From Octopus vulgaris (taxonomy: Eukaryota), in NCBI GenBank assembly GCA_951406725.2, contig OX597831.1:52266001-52330000 (forward strand): a stretch of 64,000 nucleotides of DNA, given 5' to 3'. Under the pieces are notes generated by a model. The model searched no databases, was not told where the DNA came from, and saw only the letters and a list, made by a program, of their open reading frames with translations. Position numbers and translations under genes: made by a program. Below, piece by piece: positions 63,931 through 64,000 of this stretch (within the stretch, counting starts at the first letter, position 1; every line of letters begins with the position of its first letter).

Positions 63931-64000
63931 ATGTATGTATGTACGTCTACATCTGTATATCCATGTATCTTTGCGTGTATGTCTGTTAATATGTGATGGT

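Overview
This is a eukaryotic, AT-rich window saturated with microsatellites, and I can support no intact host gene in it. The repeat content points to an animal genome, most likely an octopus (inference from the SINE families and the density of (TA)n/(CA)n/(CATA)n/(ATT)n). Nearly all long ORFs in the track are microsatellite artefacts. The window is made of nested, mostly degenerate mobile elements: three mariner elements, two Tc1/maT-like elements, five Helitron-like non-autonomous elements, LINE fragments of the RTE, CR1, Tx1/L1 and R4/Dong clades, many Penelope-like (PLE) remnants and dozens of copies of at least three SINE families. The main hidden signals are: (1) a dispersed set of minimal hammerhead-ribozyme motifs, namely two canonical ones at ~3127 and ~35696, a family sharing a non-canonical core, and one inside a perfect 149-bp fold-back palindrome; (2) a SINE/CR1 3'-tail partnership; (3) (TAA)n arrays shared by Dong fragments and an unclassified non-coding element; (4) a 28-bp minisatellite that appears to have arisen from a Dong coding motif; (5) an RTE copy flanked by a ~75-bp direct repeat; (6) a deleted Tx1 copy with a long open ORF1. 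Coordinates were read by eye and element boundaries are approximate.
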